32,000 nucleotides of DNA from assembly GCF_000009045.1 (NCBI RefSeq), contig NC_000964.3:1110001-1142000 (forward strand). The letters run 5' to 3'. A model generated the notes under the pieces. That model had not been told where the DNA came from and did no database searches. It saw nothing but the letters and a program-made list of their open reading frames with translations. This DNA comes from Bacillus subtilis subsp. subtilis str. 168 (GTDB taxonomy: Bacteria; Bacillota; Bacilli; Bacillales; Bacillaceae). The position numbers and the translations under genes are program-made. Position 1 is the stretch's first letter. Each line of letters begins with the position of its first letter. Of the stretch, positions 1 through 9,161 are shown piece after piece.

Positions 1-482
1 CGTTGATGGCTGAGAAGCGCGTACTCATCCTGCATGCTTCTGCTGATGGAATAGCGTGCAGCCGTATATTCTGCCGCAATGCCCATGTCTGGATCGCCGA
101 TCGCATCTGGAGAAAAGCGAGCCCGTTCTGAAAAAGGGGATTGGCTGCTGCTTTCTGAGCCGCCCGCGATATACATCGTGCCGGCTCCCGCTTGAATAAG
201 GCTGCAGGCATAGCGCACAGCTTCAAGGCCGGAGCCGCACTGTCTGTCAATTGTCATTCCGGGAACCGATAAAGGCAGTCCGGCTTGAAGGGCTGACAGT
301 CTGGCCAGGTTGCCGCCTCTGCCAGTAGCGTTTCCGAGAATGACCTCGTCAACTTGATCCTCTAGCTTTCGGCTGAGACAGCGGATGATGGGAGCCGCCA
401 AATCCTCCGGCAGGAAGGGCTTCAGCAGTCCGTTTTGATTTCCAAAGATCGTTCGTTTTGCATCAACAATAACCGCATTCAT
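1..482 (-). CDS. yhfS: Acetyl-CoA C-acyltransferase (thiolase), N-terminal part only; the 3' end lies beyond the left edge of the window
   Basis: The open minus-strand frame, not in the ORF track because it runs off the edge, starts at the ATG at 480-482. It translates MNAVIVDAKRTIFGNQNGLLKPF...GMTIDRQCGSGLEAV, which carries the thiolase active-site Cys motif. Its ATG overlaps the yhfT stop as ATGA. Confidence 0.85.
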   Translation of the reverse strand, partial: MNAVIVDAKRTIFGNQNGLLKPFLPEDLAAPIIRCLSRKLEDQVDEVILGNATGRGGNLARLSALQAGLPLSVPGMTIDRQCGSGLEAVRYACSLIQAGAGTMYIAGGSESSSQSPFSERARFSPDAIGDPDMGIAAEYTAARYSISRSMQDEYALLSHQ

Positions 483-1918
483 TTATACTGTACACTCTCT
501 TCCAGCCATTTTTTCACTCTGGAACGGGCAATTTTTCCGCTGCTCGTTTCCGGCAAGCTGTCTGCAAACACCCATTTTTTCGGAATTTTATAGGAGGCTA
601 ATTTCTGTTTACACCAGGCTTTCAGTGTTCTGGCATTAGCGTTTCCAAGAATGACAGCTACAGCGATTTCTCCCCAATACTCGTCGGGAATGCCAACGAC
701 AGCCGCGCTTTCAACCTCTGGGCAGGCGAGAAGCACACGTTCAATTTCTTCTGGGAAAATATTTAATCCTCCGTACACGATCATCCCGTTTTCTCTTCCT
801 GATATGTATAGAAAGCCCTCTTCATCAACGTAGCCCATATCATCTACTGTCATCCATTCATCTGGTGTGCTGCCGTTCACATAGCCGGAAAACCTCATCG
901 GGCTTTTGACAAATATTTTTCCGATTTCTCCTGGCTGGCAGCGTTCTCCTCCAGCGTTGCGGATTTCGATCCGGACATTATGAAAAGGGCGGCCCGCTGA
1001 ATGCGGCTTCCGTTTGCTGTCTTCCGGTGAAGAAAACGTCACAAAACTAAGCTCTGATGTGCCGTAAAAATCGTACAGCTTGAGATGAGGCCATGCAGCG
1101 GCAAGCTTCTTCTTGGATTCTGCCGGCCAGTCTGCGCCGGATGAAATGATTTTGACGGGACTGTCGGGAAAACCCTCAATCCTTGCGAGGGCGTCTGTCA
1201 TCGTCGGTACGGTATAGAGAACACTGATGGATTCACGGCACAGCCATTCCTTCGCTTTGGCAGGAGAAAACTTTTTCAGCAAACAAACGGTTCCTCCGAG
1301 AAACAAAGTGCTGACAGCCCCATATAGGAAGTGAGAGGACATTAACGCTCCGGGAATCAGAACCTTATCATCTGATGAAATCGAAAAATCTGTTTCTGTA
1401 CAGGTAAAGCTCTCCATCCATGAGCGGTGAGATCGCGTAAAGGCCTTCGGTTTTCCTGTCGAGCCCGACGTAAATCCCATATAAAAAGGGTGCTCCGGAT
1501 CAATGGTAGGCAAGGGATCAGCGGCTGCCTCAGAAATATCTGCCATACAGTTATCCAGCAATACAACAGGTGTCTGGCTATCTGTCAGTTTGTTTTTGAA
1601 AAAGGCTAAAGTAACCACAAGATCCGCATTGCTTATGGACAGCCGCTCCTTACATTCAGCCGGGCTCCAGCGTGTGTCGATGGGAATGGCCGTACATCCA
1701 GCCGCTGCGGCTCCGGCAAACAGCTGTAAAAACGCGAGACTATTTGGGAGCAGGATCGCCACACGATTCGGCATGCTCGGCTGTGACCGCAGCCAATTTG
1801 CGGTTTGAGAGACAAGCCGATCCCAATCATGGTACGTGATTTGCTCCGATTCAGTCTGGATCGCTACACGGCCGGGCGATGTTTCGGCAGTAGATGAATA
1901 GGTATGAGTAATTGTCAT
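479..1918 (-). CDS. yhfT: AMP-forming acyl-CoA ligase / long-chain fatty-acid-CoA ligase family
   Basis: This 479-aa ORF has the AMP-binding signature FTSGSTGKPK and the C-terminal SSGKIAR motif. A GGAGG sits upstream of the ATG inside the end of yhfU, with a 6-nt gap to the yhfU stop. Confidence 0.9.
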   Translation of the reverse strand: MTITHTYSSTAETSPGRVAIQTESEQITYHDWDRLVSQTANWLRSQPSMPNRVAILLPNSLAFLQLFAGAAAAGCTAIPIDTRWSPAECKERLSISNADLVVTLAFFKNKLTDSQTPVVLLDNCMADISEAAADPLPTIDPEHPFYMGFTSGSTGKPKAFTRSHRSWMESFTCTETDFSISSDDKVLIPGALMSSHFLYGAVSTLFLGGTVCLLKKFSPAKAKEWLCRESISVLYTVPTMTDALARIEGFPDSPVKIISSGADWPAESKKKLAAAWPHLKLYDFYGTSELSFVTFSSPEDSKRKPHSAGRPFHNVRIEIRNAGGERCQPGEIGKIFVKSPMRFSGYVNGSTPDEWMTVDDMGYVDEEGFLYISGRENGMIVYGGLNIFPEEIERVLLACPEVESAAVVGIPDEYWGEIAVAVILGNANARTLKAWCKQKLASYKIPKKWVFADSLPETSSGKIARSRVKKWLEESVQYK

Positions 1919-1924
1919 GTATTG

Positions 1925-2485
1925 TCATCCTCCTTTTGTAAACATCGTATCAGAAAGAGACAAGGCTTGAGTGATTTTTATCGCCAGAAATGCAGATACA
2001 GCCGCTTTTATCAAATCACCAGGCACATATGCAAGGCTCATGAAGGCGGCCTGTGACAAATCAATATGCATGATAAAAGCTTGTACCGGTATACCAAGCA
2101 GATAAATAAAGATGATGCCGAATACGATATGAGTGAAAAAGAGACGCAATACTGTCACCTTCCGCAGCCTGTTAGCGGCTAAACTGATCAGCCATGAAGC
2201 GAGGGGATAAGCAATCAAAAAGCCTGCGCTCGGTCCGAAAAACACACCAAAACCGCCTCGTCCGCCGGGCAACAGCGGCGCTCCGAAGGCGACGAGCAGC
2301 AAAAAGACAAGCTGGCTTAAGAAAGCAGACTTTGGCCTGAGAATGCTGCCTGCCAACATGACACCAAGCGTTTGCAATGTAATCGGAACGGGTGTAAAGG
2401 ATAAGAAGAGAGGGGGCATAAAGCCGAGCACTGCCATCAGCGCGGTGAAAATCGCAATATGCATCATGTCGATTAATTTCAGCAT
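1925..2485 (-). CDS. yhfU: BioY-type biotin transporter S-component (ECF family)
   Basis: This 186-aa polytopic membrane ORF has a GGAGGA RBS (plus strand tcctcc, 2492-2497) 6 nt before the ATG. It is preceded by a BirA-type operator. The sequence was recognised as B. subtilis YhfU/BioY. Confidence 0.85.
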   Translation of the reverse strand: MLKLIDMMHIAIFTALMAVLGFMPPLFLSFTPVPITLQTLGVMLAGSILRPKSAFLSQLVFLLLVAFGAPLLPGGRGGFGVFFGPSAGFLIAYPLASWLISLAANRLRKVTVLRLFFTHIVFGIIFIYLLGIPVQAFIMHIDLSQAAFMSLAYVPGDLIKAAVSAFLAIKITQALSLSDTMFTKGG

Positions 2486-2520
2486 GTGAAATCCTCCAAA
2501 AAGTAATCAAATATGGTTAT

Positions 2521-2575
2521 ACAATAAATGCAGGTAATTATTATGTCAACTGATTTTTAATTTAAGTTTACATAA
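2521..2575 (-). promoter_or_regulatory. Candidate sigmaA promoter overlapped by a BirA-type biotin operator
   Basis: Read on the minus strand, the site is TTATGTAAAC-N15-GTTGACATAA, with core TGTAAAC-N15-GTTGACA (plus strand 2544-2550 and 2566-2572). This fits the Bacillus BirA site form TGTwAAC-N14/15-GTTwACA. The right half-site contains a -35 TTGACA (plus 2544-2549), followed by a 17-nt spacer and a -10 TATTGT (plus 2521-2526). Confidence 0.7.
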
Positions 2576-2582
2576 TGAACGC

Positions 2583-2613
2583 AAAAAAACCGGCCGTATG
2601 GCAGACCGGTTTT
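2583..2613 (-). terminator. Intrinsic terminator downstream of hemAT
   Basis: The plus strand reads aaaaaaaccggccgtatggcagaccggttttt. This is a GC-rich stem (accggcc/gaccggt) flanked by A- and T-runs, immediately after the hemAT stop at 2620. Confidence 0.75.
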
Positions 2614-2619
2614 TGATGG

Positions 2620-4056
<1,437 letters not shown>

Positions 4057-5586
4057 TTAATCGAGATCTATTTGTTTTAATGGTTTAATGGCCGGACCCT
4101 CTACAACTTCGCCAGATGGCTTAAAGCGTGATCCGTGGCACGGACAATCCCACGTATGCTCACTGTCGTTCCACTCGACCTCGCAGCCTAAATGGGTACA
4201 AGTCGTATCAACGAGATGGAGGCAGCCTGTCTCATCACGAAATGCTCCCGCTCGCCTGCCGTTTATGGTGACGGCTTTCCCTTCTCCTGGCGAAATGTCT
4301 TCAAATTGGACATCAGGCTTTTCAAGCTTTCCTTTTATCAAATGCTTGGCGACATCTGCATTGTAGGAAATCACTTTCTGCAACCCGGGATTCAGATGGA
4401 AACGGGACGGCGTGAAAATGCTTTCGTATGGGTTTTCTTTTTTCTCCACAAGGTCTGACAATAAAGTGGCTGCGACTGCTGAGGACGTCATGCCCCATTT
4501 TTTGAACCCGGTCGCTACTAGAATATTGTCCTCATTTTCCGACATCGGCCCGATAAACGGGATTTTGTCGATCGTCACTAGATCTTGGGTGGACCAATAA
4601 TATGGAATGCTTTCGATGCCGATGGTGCTTTCGGCCAGTTGTCTCAGTGTTTCATAATGTGTAGACATGGCTTTTCCCTGGCCTGTTTTATGGCTTACTC
4701 CGCTGAAGAGAATCAGCTTTTCACCGTTTACAACCGTATAGCGGAGCGCCACTGACGGCTGATCGATACTCAAATACATGCCCTCGGGATACTCGATCTT
4801 CGGCTTGATGGCAAGGACATAAGATCTGTCGGAGTACATTCTCGCAGCATATAATCCGCCTCCGTCATAAAAAGGGAAGTGGGAACAGCATATGATAAAG
4901 CGGCTCTTAATGGCGTGCCGGCTTTTTGTTACCACTTCGGGCCTTTCGCCTTTTTTGATATCAAGCGCAACGGTCTCTTCATAAATTCGGCCGCCTTTTT
5001 GAACAATTTGCTCCAGAAGCGCTTTTAAGTATTGAAGCGGATGAAATTGAGCTTGATTCTTCATGACAAGCGCCAGCTTAGAACCTAAGGGAATTGGAAG
5101 ATCCTTGATAAGGTCTCTTTCAATTCCGAGCTTTGTGTATGCCTCATGCTCGGTGTGGATTTTTTGAACAGCGTTTTCATTTGCCGTATAAAGATATGCG
5201 TCTTGCTCGATCCATTCACAATCAATTTGATGTTCATCCACAATGCCTTTTATGTAATCAATTGCGTTTTGGTTTGCTTCATAATAAAGCCTCGCATGGT
5301 TTAATCCGAAATGGCGGATAAATTCGTCGTATATCATGTCATGCTGTGCGGTAACTTTAGCAGTTGTATGCGCAGTGGTTCCGTTAAGAACCTGATTTGC
5401 TTCAATCAAAACGACACGGAAGCCTCTCTTCGTAAGTTCATATGCCGTTGTGATTCCCGTAATCCCGCCTCCGATAATGGTGACGTCACATTCAGTGTCC
5501 TCTTGAAGCGCAGGAAAAGAAGGCAGGTCAGTTGATGTTTTCCAGTATGTTTCAGGTGCTTCCTTTGCAAAATGTTGATTAGCCAA
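4057..5586 (-). CDS. yhfW: FAD-dependent oxidoreductase fused to a C-terminal Rieske [2Fe-2S] domain
   Basis: The N-terminus has the Rossmann motif DVTIIGGGITGITTAYEL. The C-terminus has the Rieske motifs CTHLGCEV...CPCHGSRF. The start was re-set to the TTG at 5584-5586, with GGAGG 9 nt upstream, giving 509 aa. The ATG at 5646 (529 aa) has no SD. Confidence 0.85.
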   Translation of the reverse strand: MANQHFAKEAPETYWKTSTDLPSFPALQEDTECDVTIIGGGITGITTAYELTKRGFRVVLIEANQVLNGTTAHTTAKVTAQHDMIYDEFIRHFGLNHARLYYEANQNAIDYIKGIVDEHQIDCEWIEQDAYLYTANENAVQKIHTEHEAYTKLGIERDLIKDLPIPLGSKLALVMKNQAQFHPLQYLKALLEQIVQKGGRIYEETVALDIKKGERPEVVTKSRHAIKSRFIICCSHFPFYDGGGLYAARMYSDRSYVLAIKPKIEYPEGMYLSIDQPSVALRYTVVNGEKLILFSGVSHKTGQGKAMSTHYETLRQLAESTIGIESIPYYWSTQDLVTIDKIPFIGPMSENEDNILVATGFKKWGMTSSAVAATLLSDLVEKKENPYESIFTPSRFHLNPGLQKVISYNADVAKHLIKGKLEKPDVQFEDISPGEGKAVTINGRRAGAFRDETGCLHLVDTTCTHLGCEVEWNDSEHTWDCPCHGSRFKPSGEVVEGPAIKPLKQIDLD

Positions 5587-5697
5587 GCCGTTATACCTCC
5601 AATCAGATTTATTCTTAATTTTTCCATATTCTATCTTTTCATACATAGGAAGCAGGCATTGTTCATAACATAATAAGGTTGAAAAGGAGTGATTTCA

Positions 5698-6555
5698 TTG
5701 GCGAATCAAAAAAAGAAAACATTACCGCCTCAGCACCAGAACCAGCAGCCTGGTTTTGAATATCTGATGGACCCGCGTCCGGTTTTTGATAAGCCGAAGA
5801 AAGCGAAAAAATTAGAGGGCAAAACCGCTATTATTACTGGAGGAGACAGCGGGATTGGACGCGCTGTCTCGGTGTTATTCGCAAAAGAAGGGGCTAATGT
5901 GGTCATTGTGTATTTGAATGAACATCAGGACGCCGAGGAAACAAAGCAGTATGTAGAAAAGGAAGGGGTAAAATGCCTGCTGATTGCAGGAGATGTCGGG
6001 GATGAAGCGTTTTGCAATGATGTGGTCGGGCAGGCAAGCCAAGTGTTTCCATCCATTGATATATTGGTTAACAATGCAGCTGAGCAGCATGTCCAGCCCA
6101 GCATTGAAAAAATCACCAGCCACCAGCTGATCAGAACCTTCCAAACAAACATTTTTTCCATGTTTTACTTAACAAAGGCAGTGCTGCCTCATTTAAAAAA
6201 AGGGAGCTCTATTATTAATACCGCTTCAATTACCGCCTATAAAGGCAATAAAACGCTGATCGATTATTCAGCGACAAAAGGCGCGATCGTTACGTTTACA
6301 AGGTCCCTTTCCCAGTCGCTTGTTCAGCAGGGCATACGGGTCAATGCAGTGGCACCGGGTCCCATTTGGACACCGCTTATCCCGGCCAGCTTTGCCGCAA
6401 AAGACGTGGAAGTGTTTGGTTCAGACGTGCCGATGGAACGCCCGGGGCAGCCGGTCGAAGTGGCGCCAAGCTATCTATACCTTGCCAGCGACGATTCCAC
6501 ATACGTCACAGGGCAGACGATTCACGTCAATGGCGGAACAATTGTGAACGGATAA
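5698..6555 (+). CDS. yhxC: Short-chain dehydrogenase/reductase (SDR), YhdF/YhxC/YhxD group
   Basis: The protein has the TGGDSGIGR cofactor motif and the YSATKGA (YxxxK) catalytic motif. A TTG start at 5698 has AAGGAG 8 nt upstream, giving 285 aa. Confidence 0.88.
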   Translation: MANQKKKTLPPQHQNQQPGFEYLMDPRPVFDKPKKAKKLEGKTAIITGGDSGIGRAVSVLFAKEGANVVIVYLNEHQDAEETKQYVEKEGVKCLLIAGDVGDEAFCNDVVGQASQVFPSIDILVNNAAEQHVQPSIEKITSHQLIRTFQTNIFSMFYLTKAVLPHLKKGSSIINTASITAYKGNKTLIDYSATKGAIVTFTRSLSQSLVQQGIRVNAVAPGPIWTPLIPASFAAKDVEVFGSDVPMERPGQPVEVAPSYLYLASDDSTYVTGQTIHVNGGTIVNG

Positions 6556-6560
6556 TAAAA

Positions 6561-6583
6561 AGCCAATCCTTGAAGGATTGGCT
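6561..6583. terminator. Bidirectional hairpin between convergent yhxC and yhzC
   Basis: The sequence agccaatcc-ttgaa-ggattggct forms a perfect 9-bp stem. An A-run lies on the left, and the T content on the right is weak. It overlaps the yhzC stop by 1 nt. Confidence 0.65.
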
Positions 6584-6816
6584 TATTCGCTCTGCTTGAG
6601 CGCTGCATATTCTTTAGAGAGCGTAAGAAACGCATCTTTATCTTTTTCGTCCAAGGCTTTGTTAATTTGGTCCGTCAGCATGGCAAGCCGACGGTTATAC
6701 AAGGATTCATCGAGCACCATTTGAATGTAAATATCCGTCATTGTGACATCGAATTCTTTTGTTTTTTGCGTGTTGCGGGACTTCATGAGCTCAGTGTACG
6801 ATTTTTTCTCTTTCAT
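6583..6816 (-). CDS. yhzC: Small IDEAL-domain-like protein of unknown function
   Basis: The protein is 77 aa from the ATG at 6814-6816, with GGGGGG 7 nt upstream. The C-terminal INKALDEKDKDAFLTLSKEY resembles the IDEAL-domain signature. Confidence 0.75.
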   Translation of the reverse strand: MKEKKSYTELMKSRNTQKTKEFDVTMTDIYIQMVLDESLYNRRLAMLTDQINKALDEKDKDAFLTLSKEYAALKQSE

Positions 6817-6961
6817 AAAGAATCCCCCCAATGCCTTTTTTATAGTATATGGATAACGGTCGAAAAAATCAATAAATTTTTATAATTTTTAGACAACTAA
6901 TACTTGGCAATCTATCGACATATCCTGCAAAATGCCGTAAACCGGCAAGTCTTATGAAAGT

Positions 6962-7018
6962 AAAATCGGTTTATTACTAGTCATTTAGTACCATTAAATA
7001 TCATTAAAAGATGATTTT
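6962..7018 (+). promoter_or_regulatory. ComK box (two AT-boxes, 31-bp spacer) in the comK autoregulatory region
   Basis: AT-box 1 is AAAATCGGTTTAT (6962-6974, the last T-run imperfect). AT-box 2 is AAAAGATGATTTT (7006-7018, perfect AAAA-N5-TTTT). The spacer, 6975-7005, is 31 bp, about three helical turns. The boxes lie 90-150 bp upstream of the comK ATG in a very AT-rich intergenic region. Confidence 0.7.
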
Positions 7019-7108
7019 ATCTTAAATGTTAAAAAAACCTGTCGTTTTACAAAAACAGATGATAGATTATTAGTATAAATTTTGCAGAAAAAGGATGGAG
7101 GCCATAAT

Positions 7109-7687
7109 ATGAGTCAGAAAACAGACGCACCTTTAGAATCGTATGAAGTGAACGGCGCAACAATTGCCGTGCTGCCAGAAGAAATAGACGGCAAAATCTG
7201 TTCCAAAATTATTGAAAAAGATTGCGTGTTTTATGTAAACATGAAGCCGCTGCAAATTGTCGACAGAAGCTGCCGATTTTTTGGATCAAGCTATGCGGGA
7301 AGAAAAGCAGGAACTTATGAAGTGACAAAAATTTCACACAAGCCGCCGATCATGGTGGACCCTTCGAACCAAATCTTTTTATTCCCTACACTTTCTTCGA
7401 CAAGACCCCAATGCGGCTGGATTTCCCATGTGCATGTAAAAGAATTCAAAGCGACTGAATTCGACGATACGGAAGTGACGTTTTCCAATGGGAAAACGAT
7501 GGAGCTGCCGATCTCTTATAATTCGTTCGAGAACCAGGTATACCGAACAGCGTGGCTCAGAACCAAATTCCAAGACAGAATCGACCACCGCGTGCCGAAA
7601 AGACAGGAATTTATGCTGTACCCGAAAGAAGAGCGGACGAAGATGATTTATGATTTTATTTTGCGTGAGCTCGGGGAACGGTATTAG
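7109..7687 (+). CDS. comK: Competence master transcription factor ComK
   Basis: The protein is 192 aa from the ATG at 7109 (MSQKTDAPLESYEVNGATIAVLPEE...ILRELGERY), and the sequence was recognised. A GGATGGAGG RBS lies upstream. The 201-aa track ORF begins at an upstream TTG with no SD. Confidence 0.95.
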   Translation: MSQKTDAPLESYEVNGATIAVLPEEIDGKICSKIIEKDCVFYVNMKPLQIVDRSCRFFGSSYAGRKAGTYEVTKISHKPPIMVDPSNQIFLFPTLSSTRPQCGWISHVHVKEFKATEFDDTEVTFSNGKTMELPISYNSFENQVYRTAWLRTKFQDRIDHRVPKRQEFMLYPKEERTKMIYDFILRELGERY

Positions 7688-7696
7688 AAAAATAGG

Positions 7697-7725
7697 AAGG
7701 AGCTGACCGAACAGGGCAGCTCCTT
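7697..7725. terminator. Bidirectional hairpin between convergent comK and yhxD
   Basis: The sequence aaggagctg-N11-cagctcctt forms a perfect 9-bp stem, with a short T-run after it and A-rich sequence before it. Confidence 0.65.
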
Positions 7726-7733
7726 TCATAAAG

Positions 7734-8633
7734 CTATGCCGTCGGAATTCCTCCGGTGATGCCATATACCTGAGATGTCACATAGCTTGAATTCTCTGAA
7801 GCTAGAAATACATAAACATCGGCCAATTCCACTGGCTGCCCAGCGCGATTTAATGGAGCTGGCGGCGTGCCTTGTCCGAATTTCGGGATGTTTTCCGTCG
7901 GCTGTCCGCCGGAAATTTGCAGCGGTGTCCAAATTGGTCCGGGCGCAACTGAATTTACTCTGATGCCTTTGGAAGCAAGCTGTTTTCCCAGTCCGACGGT
8001 AAAGCCGATAATGGCGTTTTTCGTTGCTGCGTAATCTAACAGCATCGGGCTTGGATTATAGCCTTCAACTGAGGTAGTTGTGATAATTGAAGCTCCCTCC
8101 GGCAAATACGGAAGCGCCGCTTTTACAACCCAGTAAAGGGAAAAGACGTTCACTTCAAATGTTTTATAGATTTGTTCAGTAGGCAGATCTTCGATGTTTT
8201 CGACCGCTTGCTGTTTGCCTGCAACGAGCGCTAGCACATCAAGTCCGCCGAGTTCGTGATGCGACTGTTTGACTAGATCTTGGCAAAAGGATTCGTCGCT
8301 CAAGTCTCCGGGGATCAGCACTGCTTTTCGGCCTTCTGCTTCAATCAGCTCTTTTACCTCTTCAGCATCTGGCTGTTCCTCGGGCAAGTAGTTAATAGCC
8401 ACATCGGCACCTTCTCTGGCGTAAGCAATTGCGGCAGCGCGGCCGATACCGGAATCGCCGCCCGTGACAAGCGCTTTTCGACCCGTTAGTTTACCTGATC
8501 CTTTGTAGCTTTTTTCTCCGCAATCAGGGACAGGCTTCATGTTCTTTTGCAGGCCTGGCGGTTCTTGATATTGTTCGGGAAATTCATCATGAAAAAATGC
8601 TTTTATAGGATTCGTAAGATTTGAATCAGACAT
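7734..8633 (-). CDS. yhxD: Short-chain dehydrogenase/reductase, paralog of yhxC (general-stress type)
   Basis: The protein is 299 aa from the ATG at 8631-8633 ([14 protein letters not shown]...), with AGGAG upstream. It has the TGGDSGIGR and YAATKNA motifs. By eye, roughly half of the aligned residues are identical to YhxC. Confidence 0.88.
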   Translation of the reverse strand: MSDSNLTNPIKAFFHDEFPEQYQEPPGLQKNMKPVPDCGEKSYKGSGKLTGRKALVTGGDSGIGRAAAIAYAREGADVAINYLPEEQPDAEEVKELIEAEGRKAVLIPGDLSDESFCQDLVKQSHHELGGLDVLALVAGKQQAVENIEDLPTEQIYKTFEVNVFSLYWVVKAALPYLPEGASIITTTSVEGYNPSPMLLDYAATKNAIIGFTVGLGKQLASKGIRVNSVAPGPIWTPLQISGGQPTENIPKFGQGTPPAPLNRAGQPVELADVYVFLASENSSYVTSQVYGITGGIPTA

Positions 8634-8672
8634 CAGCAACGCTCCTTTTCTGTTTGGTGTACATTCGTATGT

Positions 8673-8698
8673 GTACCCCTGAGCATAAGCAGAAAAAC
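8673..8698 (-). promoter_or_regulatory. SigB-type promoter for yhxD
   Basis: The minus strand reads GTTTTT-N14-GGGTAC, against the SigB consensus GTTTAA-N12-15-GGGTAT. It lies about 40 nt upstream of the yhxD ATG. Confidence 0.6.
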
Positions 8699-8768
8699 AT
8701 GTTTTGGCAGTTTGAATAGTGAAGGAAAAAGAAAACAAGAAAAAACAAAGCCTTCTTCCATATTTATC

Positions 8769-8797
8769 TTGTCAAATAAGACTATATGAATTATGAT
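8769..8797 (+). promoter_or_regulatory. Candidate sigmaA promoter for yhjA
   Basis: The -35 is TTGTCA (8769-8774), followed by an exactly 17-nt spacer and a -10 TATGAT (8792-8797). It lies about 50 nt upstream of the yhjA ATG. Confidence 0.5.
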
Positions 8798-8849
8798 AAA
8801 TTCGAGCTATAAATCAACTAAATATTGGGTGTTGGGAGAGTGAATCGTC

Positions 8850-9119
8850 ATGAAAAAAGCGGCGGCGGTTTTGCTGTCACTCGGTCTCGTTTTCGGTTTT
8901 TCATACGGAGCTGGCCATGTGGCGGAAGCCAAAACAAAGGTGAAGGTCTATAAGAACTGCAAGGAGCTAAACAAAGTATACAAAGGCGGAGTGGCCCGCA
9001 CATCGAAGGTGAAAAACAAAGGCGGAAAAACGAAGTACAAGCCTTACGTTTCTAAGGCACTTTACGATGCCAATAAAAACAAAGACCGCGATAAAGATCT
9101 TATCGCCTGTGAACGGTAA
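8850..9119 (+). CDS. yhjA: Small secreted protein with a C-terminal Excalibur (DxDxDxxxCE) calcium-binding motif
   Basis: The N-terminal signal peptide is MKKAAAVLLSLGLVFGFSYGAGHVAEA|K. The C-terminal segment is NKDRDKDLIACE. A GGGAGAG RBS is present. Confidence 0.85.
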   Translation: MKKAAAVLLSLGLVFGFSYGAGHVAEAKTKVKVYKNCKELNKVYKGGVARTSKVKNKGGKTKYKPYVSKALYDANKNKDRDKDLIACER

Positions 9120-9123
9120 ATAA

Positions 9124-9157
9124 GAAAAAGCAATCTGGTGTCCAGATTGCTTTTTTT
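9124..9157. terminator. Bidirectional intrinsic terminator between convergent yhjA and yhjB
   Basis: The sequence aaaaag-gcaatctgg-tgt-ccagattgc-ttttttt forms a perfect 9-bp stem with A- and T-runs on both sides. Confidence 0.85.
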
Positions 9158-9161
9158 ATGC

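Noticed and set aside
5624-5647. A SigE-like pair, CCATATT ... CATACATA, lies upstream of yhxC.
   Set aside because: Both half-sites resemble the forespore-mother-cell SigE consensus, but they are separated by only 9 nt where about 14 nt is required. I do not call a promoter.
6875-6889. A CodY-box-like 15-mer, AATTTTTATAATTTT, lies in the comK upstream region.
   Set aside because: It matches AATTTTCWGAAAATT at only 11 of 15 positions and lacks the central C and G. In DNA this AT-rich, such a match is expected by chance.
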